IMG/VR virus record: IMGVR_UViG_3300047319_001872
Coordinates: 249,316 to 313,315 of that record
Length of the DNA stretch: 64,000 bases
Reading direction: 5' to 3' (one strand)
Shown here one piece after another: positions 27,897-37,306 of this stretch. The notes beneath the pieces were generated by a model. That model did no database searches. It was not told the DNA's origin and worked only from the letters and a program-made list of their open reading frames with translations. How positions within the stretch are numbered: position 1 is the first letter of the stretch; the number at the start of each line of letters is the position of its first letter. The translations under genes were made by a program, and so were the position numbers.

Positions 27897-29429
27897 TTAT
27901 ACCAGAATCCCGATGTTATCGCTGCGGTACGAGACGCACAGCGGCTCCATCAGGTTCTTCCGGTGATTGTGGTACTCGACGTGTTTCTCGATGTCCTGAC
28001 AGTTCGTCGTGATGAACACAGGGGTACGCCCGTCCGGCAGCTTACGAAGCCGCCCTAGGCCCTGTACGTTCGACTGTGAGGACTTTACCGCGGTGGTGAG
28101 CAGCGTATGCGTCAGTCCTGGGATGTCCACCGCTGTACCCGCCGACATGAGCGTGGTGACCCGGATGTCCGGATTCATCAGCATCTCGTACGGGTCCTCT
28201 TCCACGTAGCGCCCCACTTCCAGTGTCGGGTATTCCCGCGCCAGCCATTTGGTGAACACCGTACACATGTTGATCGAGGCCATGAAGACGATGAGCTTGT
28301 CCCCCGGCTTACGATCCTTAATGTAGGTGGACCGAATGATGGTGTTGAGCAACTGGAAGTAGTTCGCGGTGGTCTGCTCGTTCTTCAGAATAAACTGCTC
28401 GAAGACGTTGTGCGAATAACGCTTACTGCCGTAGTCCGAACACCGAATCTTCTCCGGCTGCTTGAAACTAAAGAACACCGCCCGCCACGCGATGTACTTG
28501 TCGTACTCGGGTCCCTTATGGCGCTGATGACCCGGATAGGCAATCTCGTACATCTGGTTCTTGAAGTCGTCATCCGAAATCAAGGTCGCCGAGAGGGAGA
28601 CGGAGTTCTCCACGTGGGTGTAGCAATCCATCTTGAAGTTGCGATGGAAGTCCTGGTGGACCTCATCGATAATCCGAGTCCCGACCTTCAGGTGCTCGTA
28701 AAACTGATGCGGCAGACAGGCGTAACCAGTCTCCAGCACTTCAGCCGCGACTTCCTCATACAGCTTGAGCCAGTTGGCGAACGTGACGTTACTCACGATG
28801 ATCCAGTAGTAGCTCGGCGTGGTTTCCTGCGCGGCCAGTTCCAGCAACGCCATCAGTTCCGCTGAGCCTTGCGCGACAATCACGTCACTCACTTCCAGAT
28901 CGAAGGTCTTGCGCAAGTCGATGAGCCACTTCTCAATGTACATCGGCTTGATCATCAGTAAGCCAATCCGGCGACGCTTGTACTGCGCGTACATCGCCGT
29001 GACGGACTTACCCTTACCCGTTTGAAACTCCACCAGCTTGTTCACGATGCCCGGTGTGTTGATATACTCGATCGCCTCTTCCTGGTAATCACGCGGGGTG
29101 ATTCCCTCTTTGATCGGCATGTCGACTTCGGGCAACTGGATAAAGGGTGCGACCGTCCACTCTACCAACTCATTGCGAAGGTAGTGGAAGTCCAGATGCT
29201 CCCTGAACTGCTTCAACAAGTTAATGTGGAACCGGTACTCCTCGCGATCCTTGGTGGCTGCCGCGTAGACCCGGTCAGCGACCTTGTGCCAACGGTTGCT
29301 ACGAGGGATCTTCTCCAGTTTGTATTCGACATACCTCCCGGCGAACTTGTTCAGCGCCTCTCGGGCGCGCGTGGTCATCCGCGTGCACGCGAAATGGTGC
29401 GAAAAGATTTCGACATGAAGATCAGCCAT
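27897..29429 (-). CDS. SF2 DNA helicase (UvsW/Rad25-like; phiKZ gp75-like)
   Basis: Q-motif PRDYQ, Walker A QTGKGKS, DEVH, SLSATL, QGLGRLR. Confidence 0.9.
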   Translation of the reverse strand: MADLHVEIFSHHFACTRMTTRAREALNKFAGRYVEYKLEKIPRSNRWHKVADRVYAAATKDREEYRFHINLLKQFREHLDFHYLRNELVEWTVAPFIQLPEVDMPIKEGITPRDYQEEAIEYINTPGIVNKLVEFQTGKGKSVTAMYAQYKRRRIGLLMIKPMYIEKWLIDLRKTFDLEVSDVIVAQGSAELMALLELAAQETTPSYYWIIVSNVTFANWLKLYEEVAAEVLETGYACLPHQFYEHLKVGTRIIDEVHQDFHRNFKMDCYTHVENSVSLSATLISDDDFKNQMYEIAYPGHQRHKGPEYDKYIAWRAVFFSFKQPEKIRCSDYGSKRYSHNVFEQFILKNEQTTANYFQLLNTIIRSTYIKDRKPGDKLIVFMASINMCTVFTKWLAREYPTLEVGRYVEEDPYEMLMNPDIRVTTLMSAGTAVDIPGLTHTLLTTAVKSSQSNVQGLGRLRKLPDGRTPVFITTNCQDIEKHVEYHNHRKNLMEPLCVSYRSDNIGILV

Positions 29430-29513
29430 GCTAAAGCCTATGGTTGGTTTTGAATCTCGAACACAGACTGCCGTACTGCTGCCCCACCCACCGAAGTGAG
29501 CGGGGCGTCTGGC

Positions 29514-31544
29514 TTAACCCATCCCGAGTACTTCGACGGGGCAAATCAATGCGTCCATCGGGTGATCCGGGCGGTTCTTCTTCGTGTAGCTTTCCGGCGA
29601 GATGAACACGTCGTAGTGACCTTCGTACGCCATCGTTGCCGAGAGCGAGCGTCGATCCATGGTCATGTCCATCACACCCAAGCCGCGATCCGTCCACGGC
29701 TTCGGCAGGCGATAGTCATCTTCTTCTGCGCTGATGATCATCGCCCCGTACAGCACGACTTCCAGCACCGCCAGATTGACAGTGAGTTTGTCGTTCACGA
29801 GGTTGTACAACTCGACCAAGAACGCGTCGGGTGACACGTCCTTATCCCGCGCTTCCATCTGCTTCTTACTCGACTCCAGCATCGAGGCGATGTCTTTCGA
29901 GTGATCGCTCATGTTGAAGTGAATCAGCGGCAGCGTCATCACAGGCTCATTCCAGTCCCAACCCGTCATGTCAATGACGTAGTCGTTATTGGCATTGAAG
30001 TCCCAGCGCACCTTGCGGATATGGCGCAGCATCGGATAGGTGAGCGAGGCGAGGCGCCGATCCTTGGAGGTATTGACACGCTCCGGATCGAACTCCACAT
30101 TGCCCTCTTTCACCTGCACCGCGATTTCCCGCATCTCCGACACCTGTCGGATGTTCAGGTCATCGATGCTGTGGTTAGCCAACACGTCGGTAATGTTCGG
30201 GGCGAACATCGCCGGAATGATCAGCTTCACCGTCTTGCCCTTGAGTCGATCGGCAAGCAGATACGACATGCCATCGGCACTGATCTTGAAGAACTTCTTC
30301 TCATCAGGCGTCAGGCTTGCCGGTTCTACAGCGGCCGAACTATCCAAGTGCTTAACCGACAGCACGGACTGCGAGGACTTCTGCGTCATCGAGGTGCAAC
30401 ACATGTGACCCAAGTTGGTCCGATCGTCCAGTACGGACAGGCTGAGTTCACCGAAACAGGTGGCACACACCCCATACGGATCAGGATGCGCGCAGTGAAT
30501 CACCGAGCGCAGCCGAATACTCTTGCCGATCAGATTCTCTTGGTCGTACTTGTCGCCACGAATCACCCGCAACCCGCCGGTCTTCTCGTCGACATAGAAC
30601 TTGCCGAGGAGCAGAGGCAGGTCACCACCGAAGACTTCATCGCCTTCCTCGTTCACTTCCTTACCCCGCACTTGCCAGCGCAGGGTTTCGGTCGTGCCAC
30701 AGTCGCAATTCTGGTGCAAGTTGCGCACCGTCTGACACATCAGCTGCAAGCGGCGGGAGAAATACTCCGCTTCCTGCAACGGCGACTTCGAGAACTGCAA
30801 TGCCTTCGCTGCCGAGCGCGACTCAATCACCGAGTCGTACAGACTGCGAATCCCTTCGACGTAGCCAGGGATGATCGGATAGCGGAACTGGTCCGAGTCG
30901 ATGTCGGTCAGATAACCGCGCGGCCCGATCGACTGCTGCACCTGGTTGGCATTCACGAGCTTGGAGCGCAGCGCCAGCGACACTGCGTTCAGCGGCAAGT
31001 CCTGGCCATTGCCGAGCACATCATCGATCACGCCATAGGCTTCCTTGATCATGCGACCGCCTTCGTCCGGGGTCTTGTTGACCGCGTCCTTGACCTTTTC
31101 CTTCATCGCGATGATCTTCGGATGATCGAGCACTTCCATCCAGTCCAAGATGTCCATCGAGCCCACATCGGCTTCGCACCGATAGCTCATCTCGTTGTAG
31201 ATGATGTTGTTCAGCTGATAAATACGCTGCGCCAACACATCGCGCCCGACCGCATCGCCGTAGATCTCGTAGACCGACCACATGCAATTGCCCAACAGAT
31301 CGAGTGGCGTACTCGCGCTGTACCGCTTCTTGCCCAACACGCCGTCGATATGGTGGTGTTTGAGCAGCGGGGTTTTGCCCCACTGCCGATGGAACTCCCA
31401 CGCATACGACGAGATCACTGTCTTGCGCCAGTTGGTTTCCAACTCCTGGTTGTCGTCGAAGATCAGAATGAACCGCCCCGTGAGGGTGTCCCACAGGTCA
31501 TCGGTGGTCATCGCGAGCAACTTCCTGGCCCGGATCTTAATCAT
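29514..31544 (-). CDS. Non-virion RNA polymerase beta'-like subunit, C-terminal part (phiKZ gp74-like)
   Basis: 'GPRGYLTD', 'EYFSRRLQ', 'DCGT', 'LRSVIHC...VCATCFG', 'SQSVLSVKH'. Confidence 0.85.
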   Translation of the reverse strand: MIKIRARKLLAMTTDDLWDTLTGRFILIFDDNQELETNWRKTVISSYAWEFHRQWGKTPLLKHHHIDGVLGKKRYSASTPLDLLGNCMWSVYEIYGDAVGRDVLAQRIYQLNNIIYNEMSYRCEADVGSMDILDWMEVLDHPKIIAMKEKVKDAVNKTPDEGGRMIKEAYGVIDDVLGNGQDLPLNAVSLALRSKLVNANQVQQSIGPRGYLTDIDSDQFRYPIIPGYVEGIRSLYDSVIESRSAAKALQFSKSPLQEAEYFSRRLQLMCQTVRNLHQNCDCGTTETLRWQVRGKEVNEEGDEVFGGDLPLLLGKFYVDEKTGGLRVIRGDKYDQENLIGKSIRLRSVIHCAHPDPYGVCATCFGELSLSVLDDRTNLGHMCCTSMTQKSSQSVLSVKHLDSSAAVEPASLTPDEKKFFKISADGMSYLLADRLKGKTVKLIIPAMFAPNITDVLANHSIDDLNIRQVSEMREIAVQVKEGNVEFDPERVNTSKDRRLASLTYPMLRHIRKVRWDFNANNDYVIDMTGWDWNEPVMTLPLIHFNMSDHSKDIASMLESSKKQMEARDKDVSPDAFLVELYNLVNDKLTVNLAVLEVVLYGAMIISAEEDDYRLPKPWTDRGLGVMDMTMDRRSLSATMAYEGHYDVFISPESYTKKNRPDHPMDALICPVEVLGMG

Positions 31545-31573
31545 TACATCCTCCTTGTTTCATGATCCGTTAA

Positions 31574-33799
31574 TTAAGCGGCCAGTTTCTGGCGCGGCGT
31601 GTAACCTTGTTCGGCCTGCTCGTACACGAACTTCCAGCCGCCGCATTGCGCGACGTGCCGTACGAGTTGGAGCGGCTTGGAACCGCCCAGTGGCACGATG
31701 CTACGATCGACCACCTTCTCGATCCCGGTAGGTTTGTCGGCCCGCAGGATTTGCTCGAGGATATGCTTGTGCGTGAACGGATTGTTGTTGCGATCCAGAA
31801 TGTCGGCCGTAATGCGTGCGCCTGCATACGACACGGCAATCCGAACTTCCGCCTCACCCCAGGCCCGAATCGCCTGCGTACGCGTGGGCGCTGCGTACTT
31901 GTCGGCATTGGTAACCTGAGAAAGCACCCCAAAGTGCTGCAGCTTACCCGAGGACACCGCCGTCCAGTCATCAGCGATCTTTTCCAGGATGATGATGTAG
32001 ACCGAAGCAATCCGCACTGGCTTCTTGGTCACCACCTTCTTGCCTGAGTTGCCGGTATATGCTACCGGACCATACACAGGCGGATACTGCTCCTGGATCG
32101 CCCGCACCATCGGGATATACGCCGGGTCGTTTTCCGGTGGCATGAAGAGCTGCAAGCCATCTGCATTCTCAATCGTGCCGTCGTGGTGCTTGATGATGTG
32201 GATCACACTGGCTAAGTGCTCGACGCGTGGGCGCGTATACGAGCCCGTCATGAACCAGCTATGTTGCAACGGGCTCACGATGGCATAATAGCCCATCAAG
32301 TACTCCCAGACTTCGTCGATCAGCTGGGGCTGTTCGATTTCCATCTGTGCCAGCTTCTTCGTGAGCATGTACTCCGGGTCGGTGCGATCCACCCCGAGCT
32401 TTGCCACGATGCGCTTCATCACGTCACGCGAAGCCGCATTGATGTAGGGCTCGTACAGACGACCGTAATTCATGCGGTTCACGGTGGACTCACCCGAGAC
32501 GATGATGTCCGCGCGATTGCCATGTTCGTCGATCGGCATTTCATGCGGTTCGCAGATCTTGCAGATCACACCCTTGCCGCCGAAGCAGTCCGTCAGCTTA
32601 AAGCCGATGGTCGGGGTGATTTCATACTCGATCACGAATTCCACCCGCCAATCATCGAGCGGGGCCTGACGATAGAGCTTCTTGATGGATTCGCTCGGGC
32701 TGGCGCTGTTCTTGCCGACCACACTGAGGGCTTCCACCACCAACCGATGAAACTCCGGCGACAGCCGCGGCTTGCCATCGGCATACTTCGACTTCTGGGA
32801 GTTATACAGCTGGATGATTTCCTGATAGAACTCGCGCCGAGCGCGGTCATACCGGGAAGGCTGCGTGTCCATGCCTTCGGGCACATTGGTGTTCTGGTTA
32901 TTCGCATCGTGATGCACGCGAATGTCCACCACCTTGCCGCCAGTCGGCACATAAGTCGCCTTGTCGAACGTGAAGTCCGGACGCCGCAACGCCGCTGCCG
33001 ACTGTTCCACCACGGCCAGACTTTCGTCGTAGCTGCGCAGCATCATCAGCAACCCATCTTCACGCACCATTTCGCCGATGTCCGGAAACGACTTGTACTT
33101 CTTATAGTCGCCATACAGGTTCAGCGGAAAGCGCTTGCTGCCCCACTCGACCACGCGGGTTTCATACGTCTTGAAGCTGAAACGATCCAGCACGTCGCGC
33201 GAGATCACGATGCCGTCCTCAGCCACGCCCGGAATCGACATGTAGGCCACGTTACACTGCACGCCGTACTTGTAGTCACCATCCGCAGTCACAGACGGGG
33301 AATCCAAGAACACCTCACCTTCTTGGATTTCCGCGCCTTGCACCAGCTTACCGCGCGCCGGGCGACTCACAAACGGAAAACCGAAATACTGATGCTGTGA
33401 ACAAAAGCGCGGCATGTTGATCATGCCGATTTCGCTGCCGCCTTCGGTGGTTTTGAAAATCACCACTTGTTGCGGATTTTGCCACTGGTCCTGAATGATC
33501 GAATCCGCCCCGTAGCTGGTCCGATACCGGTCGATCACTTTCAACACCTGGCCCGTCTTGGGCATTTTCACGTTCCAGGTATACTTGCCAAACTCACGTT
33601 CCATGCCGGTCTGACAGTAACGTGGCGTCGCTCCTTTCACCACCAGCGTCTGACCGATGTGGCTGGAGAACATCTGCTCCCGCGAAGCAGAGTTGGCCCC
33701 CTTCCACGGATTCAACCCACACACACCCAACAGCTGCCGCAGAAGCTGATTAGGTTCCGGAAGCGGTTCATAGACCTTCCGTGCTGAATGAACGTTCAT
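31574..33799 (-). CDS. Non-virion RNA polymerase beta-like subunit, C-terminal part (phiKZ gp71-73-like), uninterrupted
   Basis: 'QTGME', 'EDGIVIS', 'GFKLTDCFGGKGVI', 'RMNYG', 'RAWGEAE'; RBS at ATG 33799. Confidence 0.9.
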   Translation of the reverse strand: MNVHSARKVYEPLPEPNQLLRQLLGVCGLNPWKGANSASREQMFSSHIGQTLVVKGATPRYCQTGMEREFGKYTWNVKMPKTGQVLKVIDRYRTSYGADSIIQDQWQNPQQVVIFKTTEGGSEIGMINMPRFCSQHQYFGFPFVSRPARGKLVQGAEIQEGEVFLDSPSVTADGDYKYGVQCNVAYMSIPGVAEDGIVISRDVLDRFSFKTYETRVVEWGSKRFPLNLYGDYKKYKSFPDIGEMVREDGLLMMLRSYDESLAVVEQSAAALRRPDFTFDKATYVPTGGKVVDIRVHHDANNQNTNVPEGMDTQPSRYDRARREFYQEIIQLYNSQKSKYADGKPRLSPEFHRLVVEALSVVGKNSASPSESIKKLYRQAPLDDWRVEFVIEYEITPTIGFKLTDCFGGKGVICKICEPHEMPIDEHGNRADIIVSGESTVNRMNYGRLYEPYINAASRDVMKRIVAKLGVDRTDPEYMLTKKLAQMEIEQPQLIDEVWEYLMGYYAIVSPLQHSWFMTGSYTRPRVEHLASVIHIIKHHDGTIENADGLQLFMPPENDPAYIPMVRAIQEQYPPVYGPVAYTGNSGKKVVTKKPVRIASVYIIILEKIADDWTAVSSGKLQHFGVLSQVTNADKYAAPTRTQAIRAWGEAEVRIAVSYAGARITADILDRNNNPFTHKHILEQILRADKPTGIEKVVDRSIVPLGGSKPLQLVRHVAQCGGWKFVYEQAEQGYTPRQKLAA

Positions 33800-33905
33800 C
33801 TCGTACCTTTCCTTGTTGTAACGACCTACGCTATTACCCCGTCTGACTTCCACTAATGCACTCTTGCAATGCATTCGCAGAAATCATTTGAGGCTCTTCG
33901 TATTA

Positions 33906-33915
33906 GTAATATATG
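33906..33915. promoter_or_regulatory. Early core TATATTAC on - (33906-33913) overlapping a possible late TATG on + (33912-33915)
   Basis: gtaatatatg between divergent genes. Confidence 0.5.
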
Positions 33916-33940
33916 TTTGACTTTATTTAGGTGGAATACG

Positions 33941-34279
33941 ATGGATATTAACAAGTATTCGATTGGGCTGGATAACCTGGACTACTACAATCCCGGTTTT
34001 CGACGGGTCTTAGAAGACCACTTCTCCCTGTTGAAAACACTCGCCTCAACCAAGGCGGTGCCAATTGATGGGTATCTCGCCGTGCGTTACGAGTATGACT
34101 TCTATGGCCTGATGCAGCAGCAAAATGTGCCTCATCAGCTCCATTGGTTGGTGATGCGTTTATCGGGCTATACCTCGCCGGATCAAATGACGCAGGATTT
34201 GCAGTCGTACTACCTGCCGGACCCGAACTACGTGGAGTCGTTGCGCTCGGTGTGGAATGCCAAATCAGGCGTAAAGTGA
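33941..34279 (+). CDS. Small conserved protein, possibly baseplate wedge gp53/LysM-like
   Basis: 'RYEYDFYGL...HWLVMRLSGYTSP' resembles the gp53-type Y...W.I...N...P pattern (weak). Confidence 0.55.
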   Translation: MDINKYSIGLDNLDYYNPGFRRVLEDHFSLLKTLASTKAVPIDGYLAVRYEYDFYGLMQQQNVPHQLHWLVMRLSGYTSPDQMTQDLQSYYLPDPNYVESLRSVWNAKSGVK

Positions 34280-34330
34280 GGCAGAGTCGCTATAGATGAC
34301 TCCCTGGAATAAAAAAAGAAGATCGGTAAG

Positions 34331-34364
34331 CAGCAGAGGGCCGAAGCCCTCTGCTGTTATGCCG
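34331..34364. terminator. UUCG hairpin between convergent genes, followed by TATGCCG
   Basis: cagcagaggg-ccgaag-ccctctgctg. Confidence 0.75.
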
Positions 34365-34382
34365 TTAAGGGCAACGCCCTAG

Positions 34383-35738
34383 TTACAGACGCACTGCCGG
34401 TTGCTGATTCCAGCTTCCGCCGCCTTGGTTCCAGCTACCCGCTTGCTGACCCCACTGCTGCTGTTGCGGCTGCCCACCCCACTGATTACCCCCACCCCAG
34501 CCGGGATTGCCCACCGGACCGACCGGATTGGAGAGCGAGGCGCGTTGCGGCGGCTGCGGTTGCCAGGCCTGACCCGGATTCCAGCCATGCGAGCTACCGT
34601 AACCCACCGCTTGTTGCAGTGCGGGCTTGGAGCGCACGAGCGCTTCGAAGTCCGTACCACCCGTCGCGGTGCGTACCGGCGCACTGCTGGAGGCCGGAAC
34701 CGACGGTTGCGCAGCAGGCCAACCCGGTGTGGCGGGCGGAGGCGTAGCCGGGCGCTGCGCTGCCAGCGTAACGCCTGCTGCCCCCTGAGTCGAGGCACCG
34801 GCAGGCGCATTGAAAGCCGTCTGGGTCTGGGTGACCTGTTGTTGCTTCTCGGCTTCCGTCCCCGGTACCGTGCCTTCGTTACCCGCTTGCATCGGCGTGG
34901 AACGAATTTCCGGCAGCAGTTCGTCCAGATTTTCCAGCTGGTCGACCCAGTCCGCGTTCACCAGCAGATTCTCCGGCAAGATGCCTTCGAAGCGCGAGAT
35001 CAGATCGTTCAGCGGTGCGGCAATGGCTTTCACCGTCAGCAACAACGCTTCGATGGACGGCGCAATCGTGCTGTTCGAGCCACGGTTGTACACCCCGGCG
35101 ATGTCTTGCTCAGGCAGGATGTAGTCCAACAGACCGATCAGGGCTTCACGATCCTTCACGCGCAGCTTCACGCCGTGCAGCTCGTTTTCGCCCTTCTTCA
35201 GTTCGTTGTAGAACGGGAAGTGTGCCACACCCACGCGAGCGTAGCGTTTGTCGCCGACCGTGCCGCCCCGTTTGATGAAGATCGACACGAACAGCTTCTG
35301 GTGCTGAGTCGCACTGAGGCTATCCATGATTTTCTTCAGCGCAGCGAGCGTCTTCTCGTCGGCGTTCTTCACCTTGGAGAGGAATTCGCTTTGCTCGGGG
35401 CTGAGCTTGTGCTGCTCGGCCTGGCTGGTGCCCAGTTGCAGGAGCGTATGCACGATGGTGCCAAACACCACGTTCATGCGACCGTTGATCGCCATGCGAA
35501 AGCGCTCGAATACTTCCGATTCGCCGCGCATCACGTTTTCCTGCAACGGATGGAACAGCACCTTGGTGTCCGGGCTCGGATTAGCCTGGTGTTCGCGCGT
35601 GGGCAGAACCAGACGCTTACCCTTCATGGTGAGGGGCTTGCTATCCTTGCTCGTTTTGATCGAGACGCAACCGTCGGTGGTTACGGTCAACCCTGCCGCA
35701 TCCAGCACGGCTTCGTAGAACTTCAACATTTTACTCAT
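34383..35738 (-). CDS. Conserved nucleus-block protein (phiKZ gp70-like) with Q/G/P/W-rich disordered tail
   Basis: Synteny between PicA and the nvRNAP beta gene; low-complexity C-terminal ~150 aa. Confidence 0.65.
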   Translation of the reverse strand: MSKMLKFYEAVLDAAGLTVTTDGCVSIKTSKDSKPLTMKGKRLVLPTREHQANPSPDTKVLFHPLQENVMRGESEVFERFRMAINGRMNVVFGTIVHTLLQLGTSQAEQHKLSPEQSEFLSKVKNADEKTLAALKKIMDSLSATQHQKLFVSIFIKRGGTVGDKRYARVGVAHFPFYNELKKGENELHGVKLRVKDREALIGLLDYILPEQDIAGVYNRGSNSTIAPSIEALLLTVKAIAAPLNDLISRFEGILPENLLVNADWVDQLENLDELLPEIRSTPMQAGNEGTVPGTEAEKQQQVTQTQTAFNAPAGASTQGAAGVTLAAQRPATPPPATPGWPAAQPSVPASSSAPVRTATGGTDFEALVRSKPALQQAVGYGSSHGWNPGQAWQPQPPQRASLSNPVGPVGNPGWGGGNQWGGQPQQQQWGQQAGSWNQGGGSWNQQPAVRL

Positions 35739-35776
35739 TCTTCTCTCCTACCCTAGTTACCTAGGGGGTTCCTTGT

Positions 35777-37306
35777 TTACAGTTGACCGAATTGCACCCC
35801 GGACGTGCCGTGGTACGACGCACCCGGTGCGATGTCGTTGGAATTCAACACCGCATTAAAGAGGCTATTGAAGTCCGTCGCCAAAGCGAGCGCGCGCTGA
35901 TCGTTGTTGGTCACGATCGGCACGAGCAGGGCATCACAGAAGCTCGGCAGCGCGAAGGTCTCGAAAGGTCCACCATTCATCGAGATCTCCAGGATCGACT
36001 CACCCAGCAAATCGAGCTTCAGGTTGAACGCGTAATCCAGCGTGTTGCTGTACGACACATCGTTCAGCACTTCGTTGGCCACACGCCACTTGAACTTCTC
36101 GATAAACTGCGTCATGTCGATCGTGGTGCCTGCCATCGACGGGAAGTCGCGCATGCCGGAGATGACGATCTGCGGCTCACGGAATTCATTGCGGTTCGTA
36201 CAGTGCACGATGATGTTGGCGATCGCGGACTCGACCATGATAGCCGGGATCGAATGCGCGATGATCGTTGCCACCTGCGTGTACTGGTTCGAACCACCCC
36301 AACCCACTTCACTCGACGTGTTGTTGAAGAAGCCGCCGTGTTGTCCGCCCATCGGATTGATGGGGGACGCTTGCCCCTGATACGAGAGCAGTGCGATGTC
36401 GTCGTCCATCGCGTGCGGGTCCATACGCAGCAGATCGCTGATCGTGAAGGAGTTGCCGTTCTGGCTACCCCGGATCTTGTTGATCGCGTTCATGAACGGA
36501 TCTTGCGCCACCGACTGCTCGACCGAATGGCCGCGCGCTTGCGAGAGAATCTGGTCGTGCGACTGACCAAATGCATCGAGCTTCATCGCCGTCTGATAGT
36601 TTTCAAACAGCGCTGACGCGTAAGCCGTCGTATTGGCATTGCGCCGCCACGACTTTTGCGGCAGTCCCGTGACCAAGGTGCGCGTATCGTTCATGTCCGC
36701 ATTCGTCTCTTGGCCGAGATGGATACGTGTCATGGTCGAATACACATCCGCAGGGCGCATGCGGAATTCCTTGTTCGGCTGATGCACGTTCTCCCAGGCA
36801 TTGTCGACGATCACGTGCGCCGCATCAGCGACGTTGTAATAGTCGCGATTGCCGATCGCGGTGCGGGCCGTGACCCGACGCAGCGCCATGGTGGAATTCA
36901 CGTAGAAGAACATGTGCGGGTCGATATTACCCTGCAAGGTCGGATCGAAAAACTCCGAGTAGCCGGTGATGACCTGCGTGATTTCGACGCCTGCCGGTCC
37001 GATGTGGTCCAGCAGCATCATGAAGCGCAGGCGCCGCTCCTGCCAACCGTGCGGAATCACCACTTCTTTTTCGTACGCGGCCGAGGGCAAGATGAACTGA
37101 TTTGCCACCCCTGCCAACGATGCCGGAGTAGCCGGTTGCTTCGGGTCCAGCCGGTCCGCCACCAGCTGTTCCACGTTCGGCGTCACGACCGTTTCGTACG
37201 GTCGACGGTACTGTTGGCCATGACCGCTGGTCTCGACCATGACAAGCTGACGCACGCGAAACTTGTCACCCATCCCGTTACCTACGAAGTTGTTCAGCAT
37301 GTTCAA
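35777..37306 (-). CDS. picA: Phage nuclear import factor PicA/Imp1 (phiKZ gp69-like)
   Basis: Size (509 aa) and position between gp68-like and gp70-like genes; 'QYRRPY', 'IPHGW..RRLRF' motifs; assignment by synteny and recall. Confidence 0.7.
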   Translation of the reverse strand: MNMLNNFVGNGMGDKFRVRQLVMVETSGHGQQYRRPYETVVTPNVEQLVADRLDPKQPATPASLAGVANQFILPSAAYEKEVVIPHGWQERRLRFMMLLDHIGPAGVEITQVITGYSEFFDPTLQGNIDPHMFFYVNSTMALRRVTARTAIGNRDYYNVADAAHVIVDNAWENVHQPNKEFRMRPADVYSTMTRIHLGQETNADMNDTRTLVTGLPQKSWRRNANTTAYASALFENYQTAMKLDAFGQSHDQILSQARGHSVEQSVAQDPFMNAINKIRGSQNGNSFTISDLLRMDPHAMDDDIALLSYQGQASPINPMGGQHGGFFNNTSSEVGWGGSNQYTQVATIIAHSIPAIMVESAIANIIVHCTNRNEFREPQIVISGMRDFPSMAGTTIDMTQFIEKFKWRVANEVLNDVSYSNTLDYAFNLKLDLLGESILEISMNGGPFETFALPSFCDALLVPIVTNNDQRALALATDFNSLFNAVLNSNDIAPGASYHGTSGVQFGQL

